Source: Nemertoderma westbladi (lineage: Eukaryota; Animalia; Xenacoelomorpha). From it: a stretch of 60,925 nt of DNA. Every line of letters begins with the position of its first letter. Within the stretch, counting starts at the first letter, position 1. The position numbers and the translations under genes are program-made. The stretch spans positions 1 through 60,925 of the forward strand of contig JAUCBJ010001581.1 in assembly GCA_032718475.1 (NCBI GenBank), in the 5' to 3' direction. The notes under the pieces were generated by a model that was given only the letters and a program-made list of their open reading frames with translations, was not told the origin of the DNA and made no database searches. This document shows, piece by piece, positions 23,824 through 36,600 of this stretch.

Positions 23824-24834
23824 TCAGACGGTCTCCAGTCTGGCGCGGAGCAAAGCCTCCAGTTTGACGCTGTCAGCGGCGAACTTCCTTATCCCCTCGG
23901 CGAGCTTATCCGTGGCCATCTCGTCCTCGTTGAGTCGCCAACGGAACTCCGCCTCGCCAACCTCTTCCAGCTTAGCCACGGTGGACTTAGCGGATCCCTT
24001 GGAGAGCGGAACACGGAGCTCGGAGACCGAGGAACCCAACTCCGCCAGAAGTTTGGGGGATATAGTGAGCAGATCGCAGCCACATAGCGCGCGAATTTGG
24101 TCGGAGTTGCGGAAAGACGCGCCCATCACCACGGTCCGGTACCCGTAACTCTTGTAGTAATTGTATATCGCGGTAACACTCTGTACGCCAGGGTCCTCTT
24201 CCGGCTTATCGTAGGTCTTCCTTCCCGTTTTACCGACGTACCAATCGTAGATCCGACCCACGAACGGCGATATCAGAGTAACCCCCGCCTGAGCGCAACT
24301 AACCGCCTGTACGAAAGCGAATAACAACGTCATATTGCAATGGATTCCTTCGGATTCTAGAACTTTAGCCGCTTGAATTCCCTCCCATGATGTAGCTAGC
24401 TTTATTAGGATCCGGTTCCTATGGATACCCGCATCCTCGTACATCGCTATCAGTTTCCTCGCTTTCGCGAGGCTTTTATCCACGTCGAACGACAGACGAG
24501 CGTCGACCTCAGTTGACACCCGCCCCGGTATCTCCTTTAGTATCTCTGTACCGAAGAGAACGAATATCTTATCTGTCGCTGCGGAAACTTTCTGCTCAAC
24601 CGTGGTGCCGTTGGCACGGCCGTATTTCACCGCGGCCTCGATTAGATGGCTGTACTGCGGCATCTGGGCTGCCGCGAGGATCAGGGATGGGTTGGTTGTT
24701 GCGTCCGTCGGTTTGTGTAGCTTTATCGCGTCGATATCACCCGTGTCCGCTACTATTATTGTATGGCGTTGAAGTTGCTCTAACTCGGAATGGGCCATGC
24801 GTTTTTTTGGAGATTCACAACTATTTTCAGCCAT
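23824..24834 (-). CDS. TALDO1: Transaldolase, eukaryotic type, intronless, 336 aa
   Basis: [41 protein letters not shown] (catalytic Lys), [15 protein letters not shown] and MGASFRN. Start set at ATG 24834 ([13 protein letters not shown]). Confidence 0.97.
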   Translation of the reverse strand: MAENSCESPKKRMAHSELEQLQRHTIIVADTGDIDAIKLHKPTDATTNPSLILAAAQMPQYSHLIEAAVKYGRANGTTVEQKVSAATDKIFVLFGTEILKEIPGRVSTEVDARLSFDVDKSLAKARKLIAMYEDAGIHRNRILIKLATSWEGIQAAKVLESEGIHCNMTLLFAFVQAVSCAQAGVTLISPFVGRIYDWYVGKTGRKTYDKPEEDPGVQSVTAIYNYYKSYGYRTVVMGASFRNSDQIRALCGCDLLTISPKLLAELGSSVSELRVPLSKGSAKSTVAKLEEVGEAEFRWRLNEDEMATDKLAEGIRKFAADSVKLEALLRARLETV

Positions 24835-25440
24835 AATTGATAGTAGGCCTAGTGTGTAGTGGTTGTTGTTGTAATAAAATAATAATAATAATAATAGTAA
24901 TAATACTGTAATACACGACACCTAATAACAATAATTTGGAGATAGGTAAAAAGTGAGATTATATTTACAGTTATTTATTCAAAATGTTGAATGTGGGTGA
25001 TCAGATTACAATGGAAAAACTACGGTTCAATAGGTGTAGGCCTACTGGTTTAGTTTAAGGCCTCTACAATCAGTGAAGCAGTGGACGCTGAACACGCAGA
25101 GCAATAAAAAGGAAAATGGTAAATATGTAAAAAAAAATTAGGTATCAGAAGAGGCTACCGACAAGCGGTATTCTTCTAACCAGAACAATGAAAGTGAGTC
25201 AAGAGCACACCTTACAGGCTGACAATGACAGAAACACTTGGGTTCTTAAACAAAAGAGTCTCATTTGAAAAGACTATTTTGCTTTTTGAATAGACTGATT
25301 GTTTACCTATATATTATTTTTGTAACTGATGCTTCGACCTATCCTATCCAATGTAACCGATTAATCTTTCTTTCACGTCTAACAAATCAAATCTGTATCC
25401 CTGATGATGTTTTTTGTGACACCCACCCGAAGGTGGGTGT

Positions 25441-25625
25441 GGGCCGGACCTGGAGGCAGTGCAATACCAGGCCAACCCGTGGCTGGAGTGGAGCAAGCCC
25501 CTTACTCACAGCCGCACTGCAAAAATCAGTTTAATATTGGAACTGCTCAGTGAGCAGTGTGCCAGATATTAAGCTGACAAGAACAGATACTACACATGAT
25601 CTTAGCCAAAAGGCCGAGAAGCGAT
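25441..25625 (-). ncRNA. RNU2: U2 spliceosomal snRNA
   Basis: The reverse complement begins ATCGCTTCTCGGCCTTTTGGCTAAGATCATGTGTAGTATCTGTTCTT. It has the branch-point recognition sequence GTAGTA, stems IIa and IIb, the Sm site GATTTTTG and the stem IV loop TATTGCACT. Confidence 0.97.
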
Positions 25626-25971
25626 GCGGTGTAAGCTAATATTCAATGTATATGACCTTTCCTATCGCGAAACTAAACTAAGTCTATTTAAAAATTATAA
25701 TATATCAATATATTTTCACACCGTTTATTGATTTGTTGTTATTTTTAAATTTTAAAGGTTTATTATATTTTTCATATTTTGTAATATCAAATAGTTACGC
25801 AGGTCACCATAGAAAATATTTAGTTATTTCAATTTGATAATATGAAAAAGTGGAGGGCGGTTCTTAAAGAAAATAAAATTCATCCCTCTCCAGGGAAAAT
25901 TGACTCAAATAACAATTAATAATTATTATTGTTTACGGGCAAAAATCTAACTGTAAATATTCTATTGACTG

Positions 25972-26545
25972 TCGGGGCGAGCCACAAAGTTGGTGCAGCC
26001 TTAACGAACTGGCACTGCTAGGGGTCTTTTGGCAAATAGTTATTGTTGTCCTTGGGTTACCATTTAGACATGCTAATAAATTTGTTGGATTTAAAGCTGT
26101 CGAGTTGAATATTTGTAGGCATCAATAATAGTTGAGATTATTTAGATACTTTTTGAAACTACCAGTTCAACAGTCTCCGGCTAGAGGACGACAGGCCTAA
26201 ATATTAAATGTCCTTCCATATCATTGCTTTTAATCCGTTCAAGCTGAAGATTGGCAGATTTGTGCTGGACCATTAGATGTGCCATTCAAAGGAGGCTAAT
26301 CCATCTGGACTTTTCTAGTCTGCCTCCAAAAGGAAAAATGTTTGAAAGTGAAATCCTTGGCCCATTCCGTTATCCGTTCAAGCTGAAACGAGGTGTCAAA
26401 TATACTATAACACATCCTGTGTCTCTGTGGGGTCTTAAATTGGTATGCAGTTCTCCAGTCTGCCGCTAGAGGGCGGAATGTCCGAAAGTGAAAAACCTTC
26501 TCCCATTTCCGCGATTTTAATTCGCTTAAGCTGAATCTTGGCATA
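25972..26545 (+). mobile_element. Diverged partial copy of the HINE-like family at 41909/44272
   Basis: Head ggggcgagccacaaagttgg and gacatgctaata...ggatttaaagctg, cgctagagggc and aatccgttcaagctgaa motifs are shared with that family. Confidence 0.75.
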
Positions 26546-27104
26546 TGTACTGTACTGTACTGTACTATACTACATGTAGTAGTATGTGATCGGTGCGCAG
26601 CAGTGGAGTAGCCAGGATTCTGGGAAGGGGAGTGAAAGATGTAAAGACAGGAAGGATGAAAGCCAGAGAAAGTTGCGAGCGAAGCGAGCTAAAATTTTTT
26701 GAGTTATGTAACGTTTTAACTATTTACATACTTGTGTGTAAAGTAGCACTTTACAGTGTGATGATCCGAGTGGCTTTGTTACACGAACGAACGTTAGTGA
26801 GTGAGTGAAAATAAAGTACTTTGCAACAAGTATGTATGTAGTTTTATTCCAAAATTTTAACATTATGAAATGATTGTACATATACAGTATAAGTGATAGA
26901 AACTGCACAAATTATATTAGTTGCTGTATAAATAATTGTAAAAATGACATAAATTATGTTATAAATAAATTAGCTTATATTTATGGAGGCGTTTGGAGCC
27001 ATGTTATAATAATATAGCTAGGCCCTACTGGTTATTAATAGCTATACCCCGCCTACCGGTAGGTAATGCAGTAGGCCTATCTGGCTGTCAGGCAAATTTC
27101 CACC

Positions 27105-27195
27105 TATTGTTTACGTGGTATCCAATGACGGCGTTAAGTAATGTCCCTGTAGCGGACATTACTTAACGCCGTCATGGGTTACCACGTAAACAATA
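27105..27195. repeat. 42-bp-arm near-perfect hairpin
   Basis: tattgtttacgtggtatccaatgacggcgttaagtaatgtcc / ggacattacttaacgccgtcatgggttaccacgtaaacaata, with 2 mismatches and a 7-nt loop. Confidence 0.9.
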
Positions 27196-27789
27196 ACACC
27201 AAATACAATACTAAATGTACAGGCCAATACAATGCTGTAATGTCCTCTGAAGTTGTAAAGTGCTAAATAATAACTCGCTGTTAATACTAACGGCATTGAG
27301 TAATGTTACTATTTTGGAATAAAACATGTTACTCTACATACAGTATGTATTTATTAAGGGCCAGTGTTGAATATATTGATATGTAGATATTGAATATACT
27401 GTATATGAATATAGTTTTGTTTATTGTTTTGGTTAGAAAATATCGACACATTATAACATACTCCTTTCTCTTGGAGATTTTAATACCTACGGGTACCGGT
27501 GTACGCACATGACGTCACAATGTCTGATAAAATATATCACATTATACTGTAGTTGTGAATGAAAAACAAAATAAACCGAAACACAGAATATTCATCATTC
27601 TTTAAGGCTTTATACCTGATCCCCTAGTTTGAGATAATTTAAAAAAATGTTTGAAAAGTTCAAGGCGTTTTTGTGGTGATCAATCCTATATTACGTTAAC
27701 CTCTTAGAAGTAGGTACAGTACAGTACTTTACTTTACTGGGATTAACCATGACCTACAATAGATACGACCCACCAAGCTGCTGCAAAGC

Positions 27790-28995
27790 CCCTAAACTTA
27801 GAGGGCCAGTTATTTCTCTTAGAACCCCTGAAACAAAATGTCTAGCGCGTTGAAAGTACTTGTCCTTAACTAAAAATATGTCCTCTTTCAGATGTGGCAA
27901 ATAAAAATTTAATAACTCCATTAGTTTTCGAGATATAAGGCATACCTGGCACCCATACCATATCAACACCTTTTGGAATTGATCAAATTACACAAAATAC
28001 ATCACCCTTTAAAGACTGGTATAACCATGAAACTATACTATACTTTTTTGGGTTTGTTGAATTCATTATTAGTAATCGAAAGCAAGATTAGAAGCAAAAT
28101 TTTCACTAAGTGCCACAAGTTTTCAACTAAGTGCCACTGTAGACCGACCGCGCGAGCGCATCCAGACACACAGCACTTTCCAACTATAACTGCTTCGGCA
28201 TACAGATCCTATGTCCAGACCAAGATTAGGCCCCCGTGGCTGCCAGCGCGTGTAGAGATAATAAATAGTCAAATAAAAACAGTTACGGACGTAATCAGGT
28301 AATGTAATAATGAAAATGCATTGATGCCTAACACAGTAACAACATAATGCAGTCGTCACTCAGCAGTAATGTAATGCCTAACGCAGTAGTGCAGTGCAAT
28401 GCACATACCACATACTGAATAATTCACTACATTACCGGACCAATACCAGAGTACTGCAGTACTGAAATAGAAGTGCACTGGCTGGCACTTATAATTTTCG
28501 ACGACTGACATATTAGCCATTTTTTAAAATACCCCAATATTATAAACCTTGCCAATGAAATCAGCACATTCTAAAACCTCAGTAGCCAAACTACAGTAAA
28601 TGGCAAAATTACCATTTTTGGCTATTTGAAAATTTCGAGCTACTTGTAATTTTAGGCCCTTTTAGTAACTATTATAAAATAATCAATGAAGATTTTATTC
28701 TAATTTCGCTTTCGATTACAAATAATTAATTCGACTAACCAAAAAAGCATAATATGGTTTAATGGTTATACCAAAGTCTTGAAAGTTTTGAGTAATTTTA
28801 TCAATTCCGAAAAGTAGTGATATGGTATGGGTGCCAGGAACTCCTCATATCCCGAAAACTACTGGAGCTATTAAATTTTTATTTGTCTCATCTGAAAGAG
28901 GACATAATTTTAGTTATGGACAACTTTCGGAGCGCTATAGACATATTGTTTCAGGGGTTCCATCTAAGAGAAATAACTGGCCCACTAAATTTAAA
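27790..28995. mobile_element. Old foldback DNA element with long (~300 bp) diverged TIRs
   Basis: ~27790-28090 is the reverse complement of ~28700-28995. The spurious ORFs 27754(-) and 28817(+) translate to similar peptides (IWYGCQ...ISRKL.ELLNFYL.HLKEDI). Confidence 0.8.
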
Positions 28996-29079
28996 CTGAA
29001 ATGAAAACCTTTTACAAATGTCTGAAATGAAAACCGTCAGCCATTTCGTATTATTGGTGAATTTAATTAATACTAATAA

Positions 29080-29372
29080 TTAAATCAGGATCTTGAGATA
29101 ATTAAGTGAGGTTCCTGAGTTAAGCCAGTATTCTGAGATGATTAATTCAGGATCCTGATAATTAAGTCAGGATCTTGAGACAATTTAGTGAAGAACCTGA
29201 GACAATTAAGTCGGTATTCTGAGATTATTCACTCAGGATCCTGAGATAATTAAGACAAGATCCTGTGTTAATGAAGACAGGATCTTGTGATAAATAAATG
29301 AGGGTCCTGGAGTTAATTTAAGTCAGGATCCTGATTCTTGCGATAGTTATGTAAGGAAGGATCCAGAGATAA
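29080..29372. repeat. Degenerate ~22-bp tandem repeat
   Basis: Recurring tcaggatcctgagataattaag-like units. Confidence 0.7.
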
Positions 29373-30005
29373 CTACATAAAGTCATCAGCAACTAAGTCA
29401 TTCGAATTTTGAATAGCTCCCATCCCATACAGTTCTAGTTAATCTGTACTTCGGGTGGGGTGCTAATTCTAAAGAGAGCATTATTACACGTCAATTAAAA
29501 TTTAAAGTATGTAAAATATGACACTGTAATATTAAACATCGTGTAAAGTGAAGCGCATTTTTATAGATTTTCATGTAACAAATAATGTTCCCAATGAATC
29601 GACGGAAATTAAAGAGATAAAGTAATACAATCTACTGTATTAAATTGCTTTGTACTGTACTACTGTACTATACTCCACAAAACACTCAATTTTATTTGCA
29701 GATCGAAACATCTGCCACATGAATAATATTATGTTCAGTATAAAGCTGTTGTGGACCGGATGTTAGTTAACTCTGCCCTCCTGCCCACACTACTGCACTA
29801 CAATATTGCAATTTCATAGTGTCTGTTACTGTGTACTGTTCAGTTTTTGCTGCGTCTGCAGGTCTCCAGTCTCTGTTGTTACTCGTACTCCAGTACTCAA
29901 TAACTGGCTGACTGGGTCTGGTCTGCATCTGCTATTTTTCCAGTTTGTGACTGATCCGCCGCATGTCTCTTATGCCGGTCGTCAATTACTGAATTAAGCG
30001 CCGAC

Positions 30006-32465
30006 ATGGCACCATCAAAAATAACTACAAAGCCTGCGCGTGGGAAATATGAAAAATTTCATACAAAAAATCGTCGCGATGGAAGATTATCGGATAAACC
30101 GAATCCGAGTACCGGTACCGGTAATAGGAAAGGAGGTTTTACCACAGGATCAAAGCTGAAAACGAGAAAGAGAAAACGAAAAGAGGGACGCATTCTGAAG
30201 AAGAAGATGAGGAAGGCATATAGTCAACGGAAGTTCGATAAATTAAACTCCTTGAAGAACGTCAAACTGCGAGTAAAGAATACAAAGATTCCACTGATAA
30301 TGTCGATGGATGCTGTTTCTAAAGTTGAGGAAGATCAACCCGATGAAACGGCAGCGGTTACCGATGCTGTGAAGGTTGTCGTGGAAGAGAAGGCTATTGA
30401 ATCGAAGGAGGCGCTTAGGAGGAAGGCGTTGGTGTTTGAGAACGAGTTGGAAGAGAGAGAGATACAGAGACTCGCGAAGATGTTGAAGATTAACCGAGAT
30501 CGCAAATCCATTCCAGTTTCCTTCCGTAAGGACGGTCTCGATTACATACTGGATGTCTGCGAGGCGGGTAACGCTTTCCACGAATCCGATGATGAGGGAG
30601 GGGGTGGGAGTGACAATGAAATGGAAGGTTCGATAGACGAATCTATAGAAGGGAGAGATAGCGAGGATGAGGTTAAGGAGGGGTCGTTGGATACAGGGGA
30701 CATTCCAGAAGGCGATGATAATATTATGGAGGAGGACGACAGTGACAGTGATATTGCAGATGATGATGATGATAATCTTGTAGACGTTTGTGATGATAGT
30801 GACGTTTATTCGGACGATGTTGTTATGACAGATGAAGACAATTTGGGGGAAACTGAAACTATAGATACAAATTCGTCGAAACCAGTCACGATTTCCGACG
30901 AACCGGAACCGGAGGCTTCGCGGATTTACGTTCCCCCGCAACGGCGCGAACCTGGAAGGAAGGACCTCGCGAGACGTCTGAAAGGGTTGACGAACCGACT
31001 GAGCGAGCGGAACCTGCCGGGGTTGGTGACGCAGCTGGAGGGGATGTACCGAAGTCATCCTCGGAACGAGATGACGACCTCGTTGGTAGCTGCGATCGTC
31101 GCTTCCTGCGTGGACGACGCCGCGACCCCCGACCGCCTTCTCATCGAGTCGGTCGCGCTGCTCGCCGCTCTGCACCAACGCGTCGGGATCGAGGTTACCG
31201 CACACTTCCTGCGGACCGTCGCCCGGCAGTTTATCTCCCTACAGCGGGTCGGCGGCGGGGAAGGAAAGAAGGCAAATAATCTACTGATGTTACTCAGTCA
31301 CGTTTATAACTTCGGGTTGGTCCATTGCGATCTCGTTTACGATATGATCCGACTGCTCATCTCCGATCTATCGTCTCGCGACGTCGAGTTTCTCCTTCTA
31401 CTCCTTCGGAGCGTCGGTTTATCGATTCGGAAAGACGATCCCGTTGCCTTGAAGTCAGTCATTCTGGAGGTGGAAGCGAAGGCGTCCGGACAGTCGGAGT
31501 CCTTTCGGACGGATTCCCGGACGGGGTGGATGCTGGAAACTTTAACCGGACTAAAGAATAATAATATCCGGAAGATAGTCGGTTATCAAGGTAACGAGGA
31601 GATACAACGGCTGAAGAAGTTTATTAGAACGGCGATGAAGTGTTCCGGAGGCGGTGGGGAGGTGTTGCGGGGTTCGTTGGAGCGGATAGCGGACGAACGG
31701 GTGGCCCGATGGTGGGTCCCTGAGGGGAACCCGTCGACGGGTGCTGGGTCAACCCATCGGGATGGCGATAGATCGGTTGGGAAGGCGGCCACCCCTACAG
31801 ACCTGTACCTAGAGGGTTTAGCGCGTGGGCAGCGCATTAATACCGCGGTGAGACGCAGTGTGTTCGTTGCTATAGTGACGAGCGACGACTACGTAGACGC
31901 TACGGAACGCTGTCTGTCGCTCGGGTTGAACCGCGTACAGGAGCGGGATATAGTCTACGTTCTCGTCGACTGCTGCCTCCAGGAGTCTACTTTTAATCCC
32001 TTCTACGGCTTTATGTCATCGCGTATTTGTTTGCACGACCGGCGGTTCTTTATAACTCTACAATATTTCATTTGGGACAAACTGAAAGAACTCAGTACTT
32101 TGCCCCAACAGAACCAAATAAATCTAGCCGATTTTATAGCACACCTACTTTCCCACCAAACTGTTTCTCTTTCGATCTTTAAGAACACAGAATTCTCTCA
32201 GTTAGATAAACCTACAGTCGGTTTATTGAAGAGAGTTATATTATCGTTAATGAAATCTGAGGAATTACTAAAAAGGATATTTTCCAAGATTAAAGACGAA
32301 CCCAAATTGTTTATGTTGAGAGAAAGTTTGAAACTTTTTATGAAACATTTTGTATTAAAATCTAAAGGAATTTCAACCTGTGGGTTTGATAGAAGTACAT
32401 TACTTGAACGTGTTGAGTTTATTGAACGGATATTGGATGGAAACCAATCTCAATTTCTATTTTGA
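30006..32465 (+). CDS. NOM1: Nucleolar MIF4G domain-containing protein 1 (Sgd1 orthologue), intronless, 819 aa
   Basis: Basic N-terminus, SFRKDGLDYILD, an acidic tract, YVPPQRR, LKGLTNRLSERN (MIF4G), IRKDDPVALK, and RINTAVRRSVF...SDDYVDA...QESTFNPFY (MA3/MI domain). Confidence 0.95.
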   Translation: MAPSKITTKPARGKYEKFHTKNRRDGRLSDKPNPSTGTGNRKGGFTTGSKLKTRKRKRKEGRILKKKMRKAYSQRKFDKLNSLKNVKLRVKNTKIPLIMSMDAVSKVEEDQPDETAAVTDAVKVVVEEKAIESKEALRRKALVFENELEEREIQRLAKMLKINRDRKSIPVSFRKDGLDYILDVCEAGNAFHESDDEGGGGSDNEMEGSIDESIEGRDSEDEVKEGSLDTGDIPEGDDNIMEEDDSDSDIADDDDDNLVDVCDDSDVYSDDVVMTDEDNLGETETIDTNSSKPVTISDEPEPEASRIYVPPQRREPGRKDLARRLKGLTNRLSERNLPGLVTQLEGMYRSHPRNEMTTSLVAAIVASCVDDAATPDRLLIESVALLAALHQRVGIEVTAHFLRTVARQFISLQRVGGGEGKKANNLLMLLSHVYNFGLVHCDLVYDMIRLLISDLSSRDVEFLLLLLRSVGLSIRKDDPVALKSVILEVEAKASGQSESFRTDSRTGWMLETLTGLKNNNIRKIVGYQGNEEIQRLKKFIRTAMKCSGGGGEVLRGSLERIADERVARWWVPEGNPSTGAGSTHRDGDRSVGKAATPTDLYLEGLARGQRINTAVRRSVFVAIVTSDDYVDATERCLSLGLNRVQERDIVYVLVDCCLQESTFNPFYGFMSSRICLHDRRFFITLQYFIWDKLKELSTLPQQNQINLADFIAHLLSHQTVSLSIFKNTEFSQLDKPTVGLLKRVILSLMKSEELLKRIFSKIKDEPKLFMLRESLKLFMKHFVLKSKGISTCGFDRSTLLERVEFIERILDGNQSQFLF

Positions 32466-33613
32466 GTTCATCTTACTTAAATAGGTGCTGGTTCTAAAAT
32501 GTTTACATTTATTATAATGAACCGAACATAAACTTTGTCGTTTACTCCATAAACTAATTATACACTCGCCTAGGAAAAAACAGTGGCTAATTTTTCTACA
32601 AATCCTAATTAAATGAGACTGCGAAATAGGGGTTGTTTGCCACTTCTTAGTTGGTGAGGAAGAATTTATATTTGCTTTTCAATCTTTTGCTTTTGCTCTC
32701 AATCGTTAAAAAGTACCTCCATTGACTTTCACCAAGTTATTCCGCAACCTTCTAGTGGCATGTCGGTACCTTGGTAGCTTTACAGGATTCTAAATCTATA
32801 AATAATCTGAATTTGGATGTGACATAGCTGAGATAGGAACGTTTTAAAGTTCCATATTTTTGTAACTATATAAATAAATATATGAATTCTCTGCAAGGAA
32901 ATGTTCGTGTGAGTGACTGAGTCTAAAACATTTTACTGCAAGGAATCTTAGTAAGTGTACGTACAGACACCTTCAAATTAGGTCTAGAGTTATTAGATCC
33001 CGTGATATTGTGCAAAGGTGCAGGATGACTCAACGTAACAATGGGGCGTCAACCGATATGGGCATATCACCAAAAACACCGCCTCAGTGCCTCATATACA
33101 ACCTTAGATAATTAAGCATCATTCGACATGCAATTATCTATTTGGTGTGCTATATCTCGAGAAATAATTCACTGTACCATTGAATGTGTCTACACCCAAA
33201 CTCATTGCAGTTCGACTGAGCCCTATATTATAGGGGAACTACGGTAGACGTTGACCAACACGAAAATGGAGTTTATGAGGTTATCGCGCAGTGTTGTAGA
33301 CCTGTCGAGGTTGTAGTAAATATCTTCCTGCAAGGGAATATTTGCACTTGTCCATGTGAGGTGTCTTACAGTAGTTTATCAGCAATCCTTTTGAGTCCGT
33401 TAAGATAATTTTCGCATAGATAACGTATTGTACGGTGTTATGCTAGTAGTGTAGTCCCTAGTACTGTACGATGAGGCGTCGTTTAAGCCAAAAGTTTATA
33501 TAATATCAGATTTCAAACCATGTTTTTGTCCGACTTTAATCAGCATTTTCGAAGAAGAGTAAAGGCATATTTTTTCGAGGCCAAAGAAAAAAAATATTCT
33601 ATTATTTCGAGGA

Positions 33614-36600
33614 ATGCGGAATAACAGGCCGACGAGCCATCCGGTTCACCCGCCGACTAGCCATCCGGTTCACCCGCCGACTAGGCATCCGGTTCACCCG
33701 CCAACTAGCCATCCGGTTCACCCGCCGACTAGCCATCCGGTTCACCCACCAACGAGCCATTTGGTTCAAACGCCGACGAGCAATTCGGTTTACCCATCAA
33801 CGAACCATCCAGTTTACCCGCCGACGAGCCATCAGGTTCACCCGCCGACGAACATTCCGGTTTATCAGGTGGATACCATTCCGAATAATTTATTTCCAAT
33901 ACAAGAGAATGTTAGAACATATGATCCGAGCAATTCCACAAGCGTCACCTCAGACACTATTGATAACACCGCTGGAAGTCCCCACCAGGATATCGTTACA
34001 CTTGAAAGTTTGTACGACCCGTCTGCCTCGATGGTTTCGGATATGGACGTAAACAATGACCAGGAGCCTATCGCCAATCATCCCACAGAAGTAAATCGGT
34101 TGGGTATGGTTATACAGAGGCGGCTGGGTGATGAATGGGTAGTACGTCAAAACGGTAATGAGAATACCTCCGATAACCATAGCATGACAGATAACCATGG
34201 CAATATTTCAGGTGGATCGGACAATCAACCTGCCAATACGGTTTTCACGGAAGGCCCTCCGAACGATCGGGGGTGACTGGTGATCTGTCTATAGGTCTCC
34301 TAAATGTTGAGGGTCTTGCGACAGCACTCGAAAACCCAGACTTTATCTTGGAAGTATCCAAATATGATATTTTTATATGTGTGGAAACTTGGGAAGGTCC
34401 GAATAGTGTCAGGGACACAGAGATCAAAGGATACAAGTCGCACGAGAAGAGTAGACATTTCAAAGCGAAACGTTTTAGTCTTTAGACTTAAAATATATAT
34501 AAAAGAACATCTATTTCACTTGTTCACTAAACTTAGTAATTTAGATTATGAGGATATGCTATGGTTAAGATTTAATGGAGACAATGATGAAATTGTGATC
34601 TGTAGTGTTTATATTGCACCCGAAGGTTCAACTAGCCACCAAAGCAATACTTTACATATTTTTGATAAAATTGAGAAAGGTATAGCAAGCCTAAATGAAG
34701 CTACCACAGTACTGGTGATAGGAGACCTAAATAGTAGAACAGCTGAATCACCTGATTTTATAGTAAATGATAACAAATTTACCGGTCTAGATGATTTACT
34801 CCCCGATGATTATATATATGTCGATAGTAGCAATGTATGTAATAATACATGTAGAAGTAATTGCGATAAAAATAGTAATGCTTTTGGAAAAAGGCTATTA
34901 TCGTTATGCAAATCGACAAGGATACGAATTTTTAATGGTCGCACTGGGGACGATTGTGGTATAGGAAATTTTACATTTAATAGCTCGGTTAATAATGGTA
35001 GGTCTACAATTGATTATTTTGTGGGTAGCGAGAAACTACTGGAAATTTGCACTATTTTTCAGGTAGCTGCCCCCAATATTTTTTCACATCAGTGCTTGGT
35101 TTCCGCAAACCTGCGTTTTTATTTGGTGCATACTTTTACCGATCCGCCATTACCACTGATACAAAATACGGTAGATACAGAAGGTATATTTCCCAGTTCA
35201 AAACCATTTATATGGAGAGCGCATCACGCGCAGAGTTTTAAAAGCGCACTACAAAGTGACCCAGTATAAACAAAGTTAGATGACGTCATCTATTGTATCG
35301 TTGGTAAAGGTGAACCTACCAAACATTGTGTTGATAAGTCAATAGGAAAATTGAATTCCATTGTAAACAATGTAGCCAGCCACTTTTTCACTAAGGATAA
35401 ACTGAGAACTTCCAACCCACAATTTGGTGCCCCTTGTTTTGATAAGTGCCGAAATGTAGCCAAAGAATTATTTAAATGTGCATTAAAAGAGTGGCATAGC
35501 AGAGTAACTCCAGAGAACCAGAATAATTGATCTAAAAGACGTTCAGATTACCGGCATTGCGGCGTATCCTTAGGAAAGCACGTTATTAATATAAATCCGA
35601 TCAATCGACCCGATTATTATGCTACCAAAACAATGACACAAAAAAAATTGGAAATTGCTTAAAAGGAGCTACAATGGTAACGCCACCGAAATATGCGAAA
35701 AAAATATTAATATAGTGCAGTTCGAGAAGCATTTTAAGGATACGGGAGTAGGTGCCAATACCACAATAAACAGAGAATTTAGTAAATACGTATTTGAAAA
35801 TTATTTAAGTCAACCATTTGTAATAACTGAAGTAGACGCAGCAATCTTGAAACTGAAACGTGGAAAAACATCAAGTTGTGATTTGCTGATTAATGAATTT
35901 CAGATAGAAGGGTCAGAGGTTCTAACCCCTGTCATTACCACCATTTTTAACGGTGCATTATACCTAGGCTACTTCCCTGAAACATGGACACAGGGAGTAA
36001 TAACCCCTCTGTATAAAAAGAAAGGAAGCAAAAGTGACCCTACTAACTTTAGGGGCATCACTTTGTTAAGTGTATTAGGAAAGTTATTTTCATCTCTGCT
36101 GAACAATAAGCTACAGTGGTAGTCTGAGTGCTTCAGAGCCATTATCGAGGCCCAAGCCGGTTTTATAACGGGCTACTCGACAACAGATCATGTATTTACA
36201 CTTAGTACACTCATCGATCATTATTTAACAGACAAATTCGAAATTCTACTGTGCATTTATAGATTTTAGAAAAGCGTTTGACTGTATTGAAAGAGAGGGT
36301 CTTAGGGTTAAATTAATTTCTTTAGGTTTTGGTGGCAAATTATTTTCTTTAATTAAAAGTATGTACAGTATGCTTCTGCTAAATCATGCGTACGTTTTGG
36401 TGGTGTAATGTCAGATGATTTTTTATGCCTTATAGGTGTTCGTCAATGAGACTGCCTCCCTCCTTTATTATTTCAATTATTTATCAACGACCTTGAGGCT
36501 GAAATAGTTTGCTCTGGCATTGATTGTATTCAAATTGGTACTTTGAAATTATTTTTGCTATTGTACGCCGATGACGTTATCCTGGTTGCAGATACTGTAC

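Noticed and set aside
23824-24834. Bacterial contamination or horizontal transfer of the intronless transaldolase
   Set aside because: The length and the N-terminal PKKRM segment fit animal TALDO1, and the neighbouring eukaryote-specific genes are also intronless. A phylogeny would settle it.
24835-24921. Signal-peptide-like N-terminal extension of transaldolase ([12 protein letters not shown]...)
   Set aside because: It uses a non-ATG start and comes from a (TAT)n microsatellite. The ATG at 24834 gives the normal length.
30243-32188. Antisense and alternate-frame ORFs over NOM1 (and similar ones over TALDO1, UQCR11 and the BAF-like gene)
   Set aside because: They are shadow ORFs of GC-rich coding sequence with no recognisable motifs.
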